A stretch of 64,000 nt of DNA. It comes from Lytechinus pictus (lineage: Eukaryota). The notes beneath the pieces were generated by a model that saw only the letters and a program-made list of their open reading frames with translations, was not told the DNA's origin and made no database searches. How positions within the stretch are numbered: the first letter of the stretch is position 1; each line of letters starts with the position of its first letter. The position numbers and the translations under genes were made by a program. Location: contig NC_087250.1 of NCBI RefSeq assembly GCF_037042905.1, positions 7,752,001 through 7,816,000 on the forward strand, in the 5' to 3' direction. This document shows, piece by piece, positions 52,494 through 64,000 of this stretch.

Positions 52494-53131
52494 AGGACAA
52501 GTCCATCCCACAAAAAGTTGATTTGAATTAAAAAGATAAAAAAATCCAACAAGCATAACACTGAAAATTTCATCAAAATCAGTAAAGTAAGAAAGAAATG
52601 ACTTTTTAAAATTTCGGTTAATTTCCCCCAAAACAGCTATATGCACATCTTGGTCCGTATGCAAATGAGAGGACCGATGTCATCCACTCACCATTTCTTT
52701 TGTATTTTATTATATGATCAAATTATATATTCTGATTTTCTCCTGATTCTCTGTGAAACAAAGTTTTCTACCTCCCGGAAAAAGTGGAACTACCATTGTT
52801 TTAGCATTTTATGGTTCAGTCGTGATCGGACGAACGGGCTTATTCGACGTTTGGCTCATTAGCACTTCTTTTGTATTCTTTGTTAAGATTTTCTCACTGA
52901 TCCCTTAAAGGATTCAGATTCACACGTGAGTTTCTGCGCACATCGTTTCGGATATGCCTCGGTATTTACTGTTTGTAATCTGCCATGCGTGAACAATTTT
53001 CTAAGCTGTTGGTTTCGAATGAGAGATGAGATTCCACTCTTGCCATGAGTACCAAATTTATAGTAAAAACATGATTAATGATTGTGAAATCTATTTCTGA
53101 AAACGGGTTTCCTTTTTTGTGGGACGCACTG
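52494..53131 (+). mobile_element. Chimera: left half of a Kolobok-like MITE fused to right half of a Tc1-like MITE
   Basis: 52494-~52820 matches 55617-55885. ~52820-53131 matches 8835-9176 and ends GGGACGCACTG|TA. Confidence 0.8.
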
Positions 53132-53274
53132 TATATGGTTAGATGAACTATGCATGAAACAAATTTTCATTTGACAAAGTAAATGGTCATTTAGCAGACA
53201 AAGTGGAAATTATACCAACTGGGGATCAGACTACGAGTCTGAGTGGGTATCAGACCAAATGTAGGGTAGATTAA

Positions 53275-53685
53275 AGGTAAAGAAAAGTAGTTGCAGCAAA
53301 CAATCATTTCATGAGAAAGTGTTTGCCACCATATAATCATATATCTAGGTCTGGTACACTCGTGTAAACTTATCTTTGTGAAATCATGAAATCTTAGCTC
53401 GAAACCGATAATTTTGATGATCACTAACACAGAAAAGCACCGGTGGGACAGTGTATTGATATTGCTTCGAAGAATACCCGACATTTGATGGATTTCCGTA
53501 CTAATTTTGTTCTTTCTCAGCAATTACAGTTTTTTTTTTATTACAGTTTTTCCAGAGTCATTTGGTACATATTTTTTATTTAAACATTTATTTATACATA
53601 CAGGTACAAACATTTGTGTGGTAATTCTATTGGATTCTGTTTAAACTCATTTTGAGATCATTACCAGAACTGTTTTTTGTAATCT
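53275..53685 (+). mobile_element. Kolobok-like MITE family A, full copy
   Basis: TTAA|AGGTAAAG...AATCT|TTAA. Confidence 0.85.
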
Positions 53686-54528
53686 TTAAATTGATAGTAT
53701 ACCAAATGAGTTTTGTTCATGTGGTATAAGACTTCTGTATAGACTGCTTGTAGTTTTAGACCAAATTAATATAAATAAGTTTTTGTGTGTGATTACACTT
53801 GTATGTGTGGTACTCAGTTTGAGATCAATGGCATTTTTGTTGCCACTATTCCTGGAAATCAGCTTTTTATATATACATATATATATATATATATATTTTA
53901 ATACTTACAGAGACCATTAGACCCTGCTCATTGTTACTCAGTTTCATGCATGGACTGAATCAGGACAAACAGAAAAAGATGAATACCGCCCTCTTGTGGT
54001 GGCAGCTTGTACAAGTTTCTATTGGATAGGAATTCCTAATGTATATAGAAATTGGTGCTTGACATTTGATGTTCCTGTTTTATCCCATTATTAACAGCGC
54101 CCCCTTGTTATTACCCATTTAGAGAAACCGGGCATAGTGATAATTTTACACAGTCATTTCTTGTGAAATTTGATTGTTTCAGTGGTGGGAAGAAGAAAGG
54201 TGTGGGGAAAAACTGGGAATGGAAGAATGTCAGAGAGCAGCTGCCCGACATGTATTTTTATCTTTTAATGGAAATTATAACTTTGGTGTGGGGGATTAAT
54301 TGATTCCATTTTCCACCAAAGTGGACCCAACTGCGGTAGAAAAAGGTTAAGGAAAGGGGTTGCCATTTGGACAGCCCCCCCCAAAAAAAAAAAAACCCAA
54401 CTAAATGTGTACATCCACAGTAGCAAGAATTATTTTGGCCGGCTCAAATATTGGTAATTATAATAGACTTTGTCGAGTTTTTTTTTTTTTATTGTCAGGC
54501 AGAATCTTGAAGCAGGAAAGTGTTATTA

Positions 54529-55040
54529 GGGTGTGTTTATGCTTCCATTGCGAGGACAGAATCAGCGTTTTCAAACGTCGATTCAAAACGCCGATCGTAA
54601 ACGTGGTTCTGGGAGTGCTCTTTATGCTTAACTCTTCAGAGGCGAAATCACGATCTCCAGCTGGCTTCGCATCGTAATTTTCATTGAGCAGGAGAGCGAG
54701 GTCAAATTGGGCGCGCCTTTTTCCGAGTGTTGTTATTACGTGGAGATAACATGCGACCATATGGAGCAATGCGACTGTATTTGCCCGCGGATTTTCATCT
54801 CGCCGGAAGCATGTACCAAATGACGTCATTTAAACACGTTTACGATCGTGGTTCTGTTTATACTTCCCCAGAAAGCCTGATTCTGGTCAAACGACGTCTA
54901 CAAACGCACCTTTTTGTGAGTTTACGATCGGCGTTTTGAAACTTCGTTTAAATGAAAGTATAAGCATGGACGCAACCGTGTTTTGGACTAATCACGTATG
55001 GAAACGCTGATTCTGGCCTGAAAAGTGGAAGCATAAACAC
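54529..55040. mobile_element. Harbinger-like MITE whose right TIR is interrupted by a hAT-like element
   Basis: GTGTTTATGCTTCCA...TGGAAGCATAAACAC TIRs. The residual end resumes after 57387. Confidence 0.75.
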
Positions 55041-55616
55041 CAGGGTTGGCACGTTTTAAACGGTGTGTTTTAAAACATGTTTTAAAACGCGTTTTAAAAC
55101 ACCCGTTTTTTTTACAAAAAAAACGTGTTTTAAAACACCTCATAGACTTGTGTGTTATAAATATGCATGGATGTGATTTTACATGAATATATTTTTTATA
55201 CTTTTTTTCTTAAGTGGTATATTATTTTCTTCTAACTAAATCTCTTTCTCACCACCACTCTTTTTCTCCTCTCTCTTTCCCCCCTTATTCTCCCCTTTTC
55301 CATTGCTTTGTCATGTTCCTTTCCTCCTGTTCAATTATGTAGATCAATCTATATATTCTCATTTTAACAAGCATTTGAGTGTTGTGCTCACTTTTAGACA
55401 GGGAAAGAAACACTATATAAAATAAGCTCAAATATGTAATAGTAGTACTTGAATGAAATGGAAGTGTTGCACAAGCACAATAATATTTTGCAAATAGACA
55501 GTATAACTGACATTGTAACCTTGAGGTACACACGAAAGTAGGTGAAACTTTGCGCTTTGTAAAGATGAAGAAAAGCAGTTTAATTCAGAATAAGATAATC
55601 AGCTAGCAAACCTTAA

Positions 55617-56160
55617 AGGACAAGTCCACCCCAAGAAAAAGGTATTATGCTGAAAATTTCATCAAAATCGGATGTAAAATAATAAAGTGATGACATTTTA
55701 AATTTTCGCTTAATTTCGCAAAACAGTTATATGCGCATCCTGGTTGGTATGCAAATGAGGGGACTGATGACATCACTCACTATTTATTTTGTATGTCGTT
55801 ATTTTCTCATTGTCATGTGAAATATATATTTTTTCCTCCCTGAACATGAGTGGAACTACCATTGTTTTAACATTTTTTGGTTCAGTTAAGTTGGTCATTA
55901 TTATCAAATCTGTATAAATTGAAATATTTTATTGTTCAAACAATTAAAAAAACAAAAGAAATAGTGAGTGAGGGACATCATCAACTCCCTCATTTGCACA
56001 TCACTGAGTTGTTATAAATGTTTTGTGAAAAATAAGCGAAACTTTAAAATGTCATAACTTTCTTATTTTACATCCGATTTCGATGAAATTTTCAGCATTA
56101 TGCTTGTTTGAATTTTCTCTACTGATTCAAATCAGCATTTTTCTGGGGTGGATTTGACCT
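55617..56160. mobile_element. Kolobok-like MITE with long TIRs, nested in the hAT-like element
   Basis: TTAA|AGGACAAGTCCACCCCA...TGGGGTGGATTTGACCT|TTAA, with extended imperfect inverted arms. Confidence 0.9.
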
Positions 56161-56588
56161 TTAACCCTAACAATCTTAGGGGACTGTAATGGCCCCCTTA
56201 AAAATTTCTATGATAAATCCATAAGAACAGCAGGGCCACGCCATATTGTTCAAGACTATTTTTTTGATACATGCATGGATATGCGGTTATGATATTACAC
56301 AAGTAAAGCCAATGCAAATTTTTCGCCAACATTTTATCTGTATCAATATTTGTACTTTTTGTTAATGATTGGAAAATTATTGCCAATAATTTCCATTAAA
56401 AAACGATAAAAAAACCCAAAAGTAACCACAAAACTGTACATAAGAAATAAAAAAAAACAGTTAAAACAAACAGTGAAAAAAACAATTTGATTAAAATTCC
56501 TCAATTAAAGAAATAAGCAGTTCAAGGGCCTAATACATGTATTTATAGATTTAATTTTAAACCCAAATTTATATTTCATGCACTTGTG

Positions 56589-56820
56589 GGTATCCGGTAG
56601 GATGTGAAAGTCATTGTAGCTTGTCCAGTACTGTGTGCGCCTCACTAGCGACTGACTGGAATACTACCCAGGGAGTGGAGGATGTGCATACATTGTGTGC
56701 GGGAATGACTGATTGAATCCGATGACTGGGTTAATAATATATCTGTAAAGCGCTTAGACACGTCGTTCCAATGTATTAAGCGCTATATAAAAGCGGACCA
56801 TTATTATCATTATTATTACT
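56589..56820 (+). mobile_element. 3' portion of a SINE with L2-type tail
   Basis: GAATACT.CCCAGGGAGTGG motif shared with fragments near 11216, 11363, 17843 and 44150. GCGCTATATAAA...(ATT)n tail. Confidence 0.65.
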
Positions 56821-57564
56821 TAAAATTTGTATAATTGATACAAATGAAATAAAGCATATTGAGTAAATGAATTGTCATTTGTACAGCGCTTTGTAACTTT
56901 TGAAAAAGCGCTTAATAAGAAGTAATTATTATTATTATTATTAAATGAAATTAAGCTTTGAAAGCCTATAGTCTATAGATTATGTTGTTTTCTTAAATAG
57001 TGCAACTTCTTCTCACCCCTATGGATTGATAAGACTAAAAAAAACCTGAGACTACATGTATGAGGAATAAACTTATAAAATGTCAACTTAATTTTTTGGC
57101 ATTCAATTTCCTTGATTTAGTAATTTTGGGAAAAATATGAACTTTTCTGTTGAAAATTCAGTCACAAAAATTGTAGTCATCTCTTAATACTCCAAAAATG
57201 TAATTAAAACATCAAGAGCTTAAATCATATTGTATTAAGTGTATAATTTAATTGATTTACAGGAAAATTACACCGTTCGTTGGAATAAAAACGTTTTAAA
57301 ACGATTTAAAACGTTTTAAAACAATAAAAAACGTTTTATTTGTTTTTTTTAATAAAAAACGTTTTTAATTACAACCCTGATAAACACTGCCTTAGTCATT
57401 CAGGTTTGATCTCCCTTTGATAGTGCCTCTGATGAGCTGTATGTGGTCATCTTCTTGTTTTGTCTATTTCTGTCTAACCTTCCTTTGGGATCCAGCCAAA
57501 TTTAATTTGTGGTTGATCGGTATGAATTAGAAATATCAACGATTAGCCTGTCTTGATTCACCAG

Positions 57565-57826
57565 TGCCCTGTCTTACAAAGAGTTGCGATTGATCCGATC
57601 AACCACAACTATGGAAAGCCAGCAACGTCAGCATGTAAATTGCATGTTTGTTGAAAATATTTTCTAGATATGATGTATATTCATCGCTTCCTTGACAAAT
57701 TGGAGTGTTCTCCTTTGTGTGCAAAGGACATATTGCAAATTTCCTGTAGAAAAAATTATGACATTGAAGGTTTTCCATAGTTACAATTAATTGGAACAAT
57801 CGTAACTCTTTGTGTAAGACTGGGCC
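57565..57826. mobile_element. Harbinger-like MITE
   Basis: GCCCTGTCTTACAAAGAGTTGCGATTG / CAATCGTAACTCTTTGTGTAAGACTGGGC inverted ends. Confidence 0.7.
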
Positions 57827-58193
57827 TAGTTCTTGAATCCATGTTGACTGGAAACATACATTGGTATCTGTAATCACTCATAGGGACACACAGAGCTATC
57901 ATAAAGTCGATGCGCATTAAAAAACATGCAGTCTGGAAGTAGACTACTTCGCAAAGCCTTCACTCGGTTTTAAGGTGACTGAATGCGCAGCCTACAACGA
58001 CTTGTGTATTGAAGGCCCTCTCGGTCAGGAAATCAAAACAGCAAGTTTTGCATGTGCTAGTCTTGAGTGAAGACCCACTTGTCGATCAAAGTTTCATTCA
58101 GTGTCTGTGCGTGGAGACTAGTCTCGTAAGACTGAAGAAGGAATGCTGATGGCTGATGACTCACGACATGTATAGAGAGGATGATGGTGCGTC

Positions 58194-59230
58194 ATGACGA
58201 CTCATCCTCATTCATCTTCTAATCATGTGATGCGGACCAACATACCTTAATCGTCAGAGGCTCGATTATATCAATGATACGGAAGAAAAAGTCCTTTCCG
58301 AAATGTGTTCATTCTCTGTGCCTTCCTCCGCTCCCCCCTCCCCCATGACGACTCATTATCATTCATCTTCTAATCGTGTGATTCACACCAACAGACCTAT
58401 ACCGACAGAAGCTTGACCTTAACCATGATAGAGAAAACCCACATCTTCCCTGAATTTGTTCATTCTCACTACCCACCCCCCTCTCCACTGCCCCACCCCC
58501 ATGACAACTCATTATCATTCATCTTCTAAACATGTGATTCACACCAATATACCTATACCGTCAGAAGCTTGATCTTAATAATGATAGAGAAAACCCCTTC
58601 TTCCCTGAATTTGTTCATTTTCTGTACCCCCCTCCCTCCACTGCCCCCTCCCCCATAACAACTCATTATCATTCATCTTCTAATCATGTAATGCACACCA
58701 ACATACCTATACCGTCAGAAGCTTGATCTTAATAATGATAGAGAAAACCCCTTCTTCCCTGAATTTGTTCATTCTCTGTACCCCCCTCCCTCCACTTCCC
58801 CCACCCCCATAACAACTCATTATTATTTGTTATCTTCTACTCTTGTGATGCATTCTTGCAGACCAACATACCTGTATCGTCAGATGCTCGATCTTAACCA
58901 TGATAGAGAAAAACTCTTCTTCTCTAAACTCACCAAAAGTCCAACATCATCAAAGGTCTATGAACAAGATTGCGGCAATTCAATCCTTGAATTTGTACTT
59001 TCTCCGAACCCCCTACTCCCCGAGTCCCCCCCCCCCCTGAGACTCACTCTTATCATCTTTAATCACGTGATGCATACGGACATGCTTACATCATTAGCTG
59101 CTCACTCTTAATGATAAACAAAAAAATAACTTCAGAATTTGTCCGTTCTCTTTACCTCCGAGACGACTCCATCGTATCTTCTGCTTATCATGTGATGCAT
59201 GCCAACATAGTGAACATACATCATTTTACA
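58194..59230. repeat. ~155-bp minisatellite (about 7 units; degenerate units resume at ~60330-60500 after an inserted element)
   Basis: ATGAC(G/A)ACTCAT...TCTTCTAATCATGTGAT recurs at about 58194, 58345, 58501, 58655, 58809, 59040 and 59163. Confidence 0.85.
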
Positions 59231-59469
59231 TTAAATTGTTGCTTTTGATAAGTGATACAGTAAAATTAAAATCACCCTTTCTGGATTGGCCATTTTCTGT
59301 GTGCCCCCCCCCCCCGCAGGTTGCACTGGCCTATTAACATTGGGGAAGGCAAAAGATATTCATTCGAGCCAACCCATTCTCATTTTTTAAATTATTTTGA
59401 TATAACTGATTGACAAAGTCTATGAATATGATTGTCCATCTAACTTCTATCTATTGAGGGTAACTACTA

Positions 59470-60315
59470 ACTTCATTTTCCCAAATTTGGAAGAAATGTC
59501 ACCAACTTTGGAACAATGTTTTGACTGGCGGAAGGATTAGGGCTATTTTACCATTTCAGGTGATGAATTTGATCTCTCAGGAGATGTCTTCATAAATGCC
59601 GATTCATTTTTAAAATGAGCCGGTCAAGAGACCCTTTTCTGGTCAGATATGGATTGTCAGATATATATCCTATCCACTGGAGAGAATAATGACGGCGATA
59701 TGGCCATTCTAAAGGTTCACTCAAGCGTGACGCGCGCACAAAAGAATATGACGTAATATCATTAGCATAACAATGAAGAGTTGAATAGGGGTAATTAGCA
59801 TAACAATGGAAGAGTAGTCGGGAAACATAGCCATTGAATAGGGGGTTGATTAGCATAACAATGGAAGAGTAGTCTGGAAAGATAGCCATTGAATAGGGAT
59901 GATTACCATAACAATGGTGAATACGAAGAGATAGGATGGCCATTGAATAGGGGATCATTTAAATAACAATATTCGCAGTGACGTAGTAATGTTACGTATA
60001 ACAAAGAAAGAGTAGTCTGGAAAGATGGGAATTCAATGGAGGATAATTTAAATAAAAAGAGGTAGGACTACGAGGAAGGTGGGTTTTCAATGGGGGATCA
60101 TTTAAATAACAATGAGCTCAGTGACGTTGTAATGTTACGTATCGGTTGGAAGCGACGGAAGAGTCTCCCTGGAAACGAATCAACAAACAAAAAATTGAAT
60201 GGAAGGATTGAAAATGCTATAAACATTCGACCCCCGAATTTCATCTTTATTTTTAATGATTTTTTTTAAAGTGCTAGTTTAACACACGAGTCTATGGGAG
60301 ATGGTTTAGGCCCAT
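59470..60315 (-). mobile_element. Inverted copy of the 32.2-kb element with an internal ~55-bp tandem expansion
   Basis: Shared blocks with 32210-32600. Repeated TAGCATAACAATGGAAGAGTAGTC...CCATTGAATAGGG at 59760-60170. Confidence 0.7.
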
Positions 60316-60942
60316 GAGAACCGCAATGACTTATTATTATCTTATCATGTGATGCAGGTTGACATACAGAAATCATAAGAAGCTTGCTCTCATTTCCTTA
60401 AAACTTTTGTTCATCCGCTGTATGCCACCCCCTCCCTATGACGACTCATGCTTATAATCTTCTAATCACATGATGAGTACCAACATACCTACATCATAAG
60501 AGATCAAGTGTTTCCACTTTGAAGGAAATTTCCTGAAAATTCCGGGAAATCTGGATCATTTTCAGGAAATTCCGGGAAGTCAGAAAATCACAATTAAACG
60601 TAGCAACTGTCAATGTTCATGTGATATTTAAGGCATTGTTTGCCTCATACGTAGCTCAAAATTTTCTGTTCTTGCTCCTCGTTCGCAATTTGTAATTTTG
60701 TTGACTATTCGTAAAAAGTGCATTAAACAAAAAAGGTTATTTTCCTTGATTTTGGTCACTTGGACTAAGTTTAGGTTTAGGCTCAATTTGTTAATTGTCT
60801 GATTTTTGTTAAAAAATAAAATTTGAAAATTCCAGGAAATGTCTCTGAATTTCAGGAAATTTCAGATTCAGGTTTCGGGAACTTTGTTTTGGATCTGTGG
60901 AAACATTGTATAGGAAACAAAAAACTTATGAACTGGTGTTGA

Positions 60943-61308
60943 AGATAAATACCAGTTGTAGTAACGATCTCAAAAGGAGTTTGAACAGAATTCAATGAAA
61001 TTACCGCCAAAGTGTTTGTATATATAAATAAAAAAACATGTGCCAATTACAATTAGCTCTGGAAGAAAATGCGTAATTGCTGAGAAATGAGCACATAAAC
61101 ACAGAATTCCATCAAATGTCAGGTATTTTTCGAAGCAATATAAATACACTGTCCCATATATGCTTTTCTGTGTTAGTGATCATCAGAATTATCAATTTTT
61201 TAGCTAAGATATTATGAGTTTACACAGACTACTAGATGTATGATACTATTTTGATTTAAAAGTTTTTCTCATGAAATAATTGTTTGCTGCAAGTACTGCA
61301 TGTTACCT
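60943..61308 (-). mobile_element. Kolobok-like MITE family A copy
   Basis: Reverse complement of family A, flanked by TTGA on both sides. Confidence 0.8.
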
Positions 61309-62020
61309 TTGATATAGAAAAGGGATTAATAAAAATAATAATAACGGTATATTTACCCAGGGTAGCCACTTCAGTTCCGAAAACTTCTCCCAGCGGGCCC
61401 TGGTATTATTATGACCCGGCTACCCGGAGACCCTGTTTTTCACTCTGCCCCAGTAGGCTCGTAGACCCCCATTTCAGGGTTTCGTGAGGCACACCCCCAT
61501 CAAAATTAATTTGAGTGCCCCCCCCCCCCCCCGGTGAATAATACTCCAATTAGTAACACACTCATCTATCTCATCATTTCTCTCATCATATAAAGAATGA
61601 AAAAAATATAACTATGATATCTGCAAGCATCATGAATATTTAATGTAAGCAGTTATTAGTGTGTAAATTATTGAATAAAAGTAATTTTCATTTAATATGC
61701 ATATATCTCTCCTTGAATGTTATTTTGATTTTGATGTAAATATGTGCATGTTGCTGTATGTTAATGTAACAATTTCTGAAGATTGTCAATTCCATTTCCA
61801 TGTATATAAACTTCATTTGTGATTGGCATATAATATTTGATCAAATTTTGCAATTTTTGTTTCATATATTTTACTCAGTTTAGCTTCATGGTTTAGCTAT
61901 CCTTCAATTTTTCAGAATGACACTCCATAAAATGAACTCTATACTCTTAATTATTTTACTTCTAAATCTGTATTGGTGTGAATTCTGCTCCTGCTGCGTA
62001 TGCCTATACTGCTGACTGCT

Positions 62021-62091
62021 GCTGCTACTACTACTACTACTACTTCTACTACTACTACGCACTACTGCTACTACTTCTACTACTACTACTT

Positions 62092-62128
<37 letters not shown>

Positions 62129-62142
62129 TTCTACTTCTACTT

Positions 62143-62224
<82 letters not shown>

Positions 62225-62421
62225 GCACTACTGCTACTACTTCTACTACTACTACTACTACTACTTCTACTACTACTACTACTACTTCTACTTCTACTAC
62301 TACTTCTACTACTACTACGCACTACTGCTACTACTTCTACTACTACTACTACTACTACTACGCACTACTGCTACTACTTCTACTACTACTACTTCTACTA
62401 CTACTACTACTACTTCTACTT

Positions 62422-62464
<43 letters not shown>

Positions 62465-62478
62465 TTCTACTTCTACTT

Positions 62479-62518
<40 letters not shown>

Positions 62519-62602
62519 TACTACTACTACTACTACTACTACGCACTACTGCTACTACTTCTACTACTACTACTTCTACTACTACTACTACTACTTCTAC
62601 TT

Positions 62603-62639
<37 letters not shown>

Positions 62640-62893
62640 TTCTACTTCTACTACTACTACTACTACTTCTACTACTACTACTACTACTACTACGCACTAC
62701 TGCTACTACTTCTACTACTACTACTTCTACTACTACTACTACTACTTCTACTTCTACTACTACTACTACTACTACTACCACTACTACCACTACTACTATA
62801 CTATTCCCATACTACTACTACTATATTACCACCATTGCTGCTGCTACTACTACTACTGGGCAATTCCATAAATTATGTACGTACTACTACTTC
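62021..62893. repeat. Long (CTA/CTT)n microsatellite with a recurring TACGCACTACTGC subunit
   Basis: Direct periodicity. Explains the poly-Y/L/T ORFs. Confidence 0.95.
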
Positions 62894-62952
62894 TAGTATT
62901 TCTATTTTATCTTATTAAATAATGTTCAATATGATCATATTTGTTTTTGCAG

Positions 62953-63221
62953 AAAATGAGGGCTACCGTGCCGGTCTCACGCGGAGCAAATCCAACCGCC
63001 TCGATTCTTCCAAATTTTCAAAGTTTGAATCCTCTCCGAACTCCTCGGGCAGTGAGTCCTCGTCAGGGAGCAAACGGCACACGTTCACCGGCGCGGGCCG
63101 CCTCAACATGTCCCGATTCTCGCAGTTTGAGAAGGGGTCAGATAGTTCCGACGGCGGATCGCAACCGATCAAGAGAAACGCCGGAACTCGATCCAGGAGT
63201 CTCAAGTTCGGTTCCGGAAGT
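62953..63221 (+). CDS. Downstream exon of the same gene: (E)NEGYRAGLTRSKSNRLDSSKFSKFE...RLNMSRFSQFEK...RSRSLKFGSGS
   Basis: Acceptor TTTGTTTTTGCAG|AA (phase 1, G|AA=Glu). GC-rich coding-like composition. Donor AGT|GTAAGT (phase 0). Confidence 0.85.
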
Positions 63222-63791
63222 GTAAGTACTCAATTTAATCTGTTGATTACTGAATTCTTTAATTCCCGTAGGCTTTCTATAGGGGTTGCCCAATTCTGGT
63301 AAACAATGGGTTAATCAATATATTGCCACTTGGGTCTCCACCTGCTTTTCTACTCCCTCTTCCTCTACTATCCTTTTTCAGTGGCTTAATGAGCCAACAA
63401 CTTTGAGGGGCCAGATATGGTGTTTCGGGCAAAATTTAAAACAAGTTGCAAGTGAGCAAAGCAAGGGAGTAAAAATTTCGACATTTTCTATAAGTATAAC
63501 ATTTTGATTTCTTTCACTAATATGTATATATATATATAATCCACATACAAATAGTGCAAAACACTATGTTAAGAGTGCTCGACTATATAGGAGCAATAAA
63601 CAAGTAGAAATTAGTGTAACTTCATGCACTACAGATCTGTTTCATAGGAACAGCAAGACTGCTGCTCCCACTCTTAAGGTACAAAGTGAATTGATTTAGT
63701 GTAGGTTATACAAGTTCATTTATGGGAAGTTCATGAAAGACTGTGACTCGTTTGTTTATGTATATATATATACATATACATTAAGAGTTAA

Positions 63792-64000
63792 AGGTAAATT
63801 CTAGTTTTGGTAACGATATCAAACTGAGTTCGTACAGAATCCAATGAAATGACCACCAAAGTGTCTGTTTGTATAAATAAAACGCATGTGCCAAAGGATT
63901 CTGGAAGAAATTGTGTAATTGCTGAGAAATCAGCAAATAAGCACAGGATTCGGGTAGAGCGTCGGGCCCGACGCTCAAAGCAATAATTATACACTGTCCC
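63792..64000 (-). mobile_element. Family A-related MITE, truncated by the window edge
   Basis: Reverse complement of the family A 3' half, starting after TTAA. Confidence 0.75.

Larger units (their letters stand above)
55041..57379. mobile_element. 2.3-kb non-autonomous hAT-like element
   Basis: CAGGGTTG...CAACCCTG termini. Perfect 8-bp TSD ATAAACAC (55033-55040, 57380-57387). AAAACG subterminal repeats at both ends. No transposase ORF. Confidence 0.85.

Noticed and set aside
58194..59230. 155-bp repeats as a CRISPR-like or coding array
   Set aside because: Whole units are homologous, with no spacers and no conserved reading frame. Ordinary minisatellite.
61978..62896. ~300-aa poly-Y/L/T ORFs
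   Set aside because: Translations of a (CTA)n microsatellite.
1..64000. Autonomous transposase, reverse transcriptase or prokaryotic defence system
   Set aside because: No ORF with such motifs, apart from the 46-aa L2 ORF2 remnant at 4752-4892.

Overview
This is AT-rich, repeat-dense animal genomic DNA, not prokaryotic. It has GT-AG introns, poly-G/C tracts, microsatellites, SINEs and MITEs. The Deu-domain SINE and general repeat style suggest a marine deuterostome, most likely a sea urchin (inference). Most of the window is the 5' part of one large + strand gene whose exons can be joined by splice-phase consistency. These are an acidic exon (19491-20595), a 3.9-kb Glu/Thr/Pro/Ala-repeat exon (23700-27593), a 75-nt regulated cassette exon missed by the ORF track (29685-29759), a short alternative first coding exon (42069-42096) and a Ser/Lys/Arg-rich exon (62953-63221). 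The gene continues beyond the window and cannot be named with confidence. Introns hold many non-autonomous DNA transposons (Kolobok-like, Harbinger-like, hAT-like, Tc1-like), an L2 LINE end, tRNA-derived SINEs and satellites. The most striking observation is a young SINE family (two near-identical copies, one with a perfect 11-bp TSD) whose head is the Alu domain of 7SL/SRP RNA. That origin is otherwise known to me only from Euarchontoglires (Alu/B1) and hagfish. Almost all other ORFs in the supplied track are spurious.
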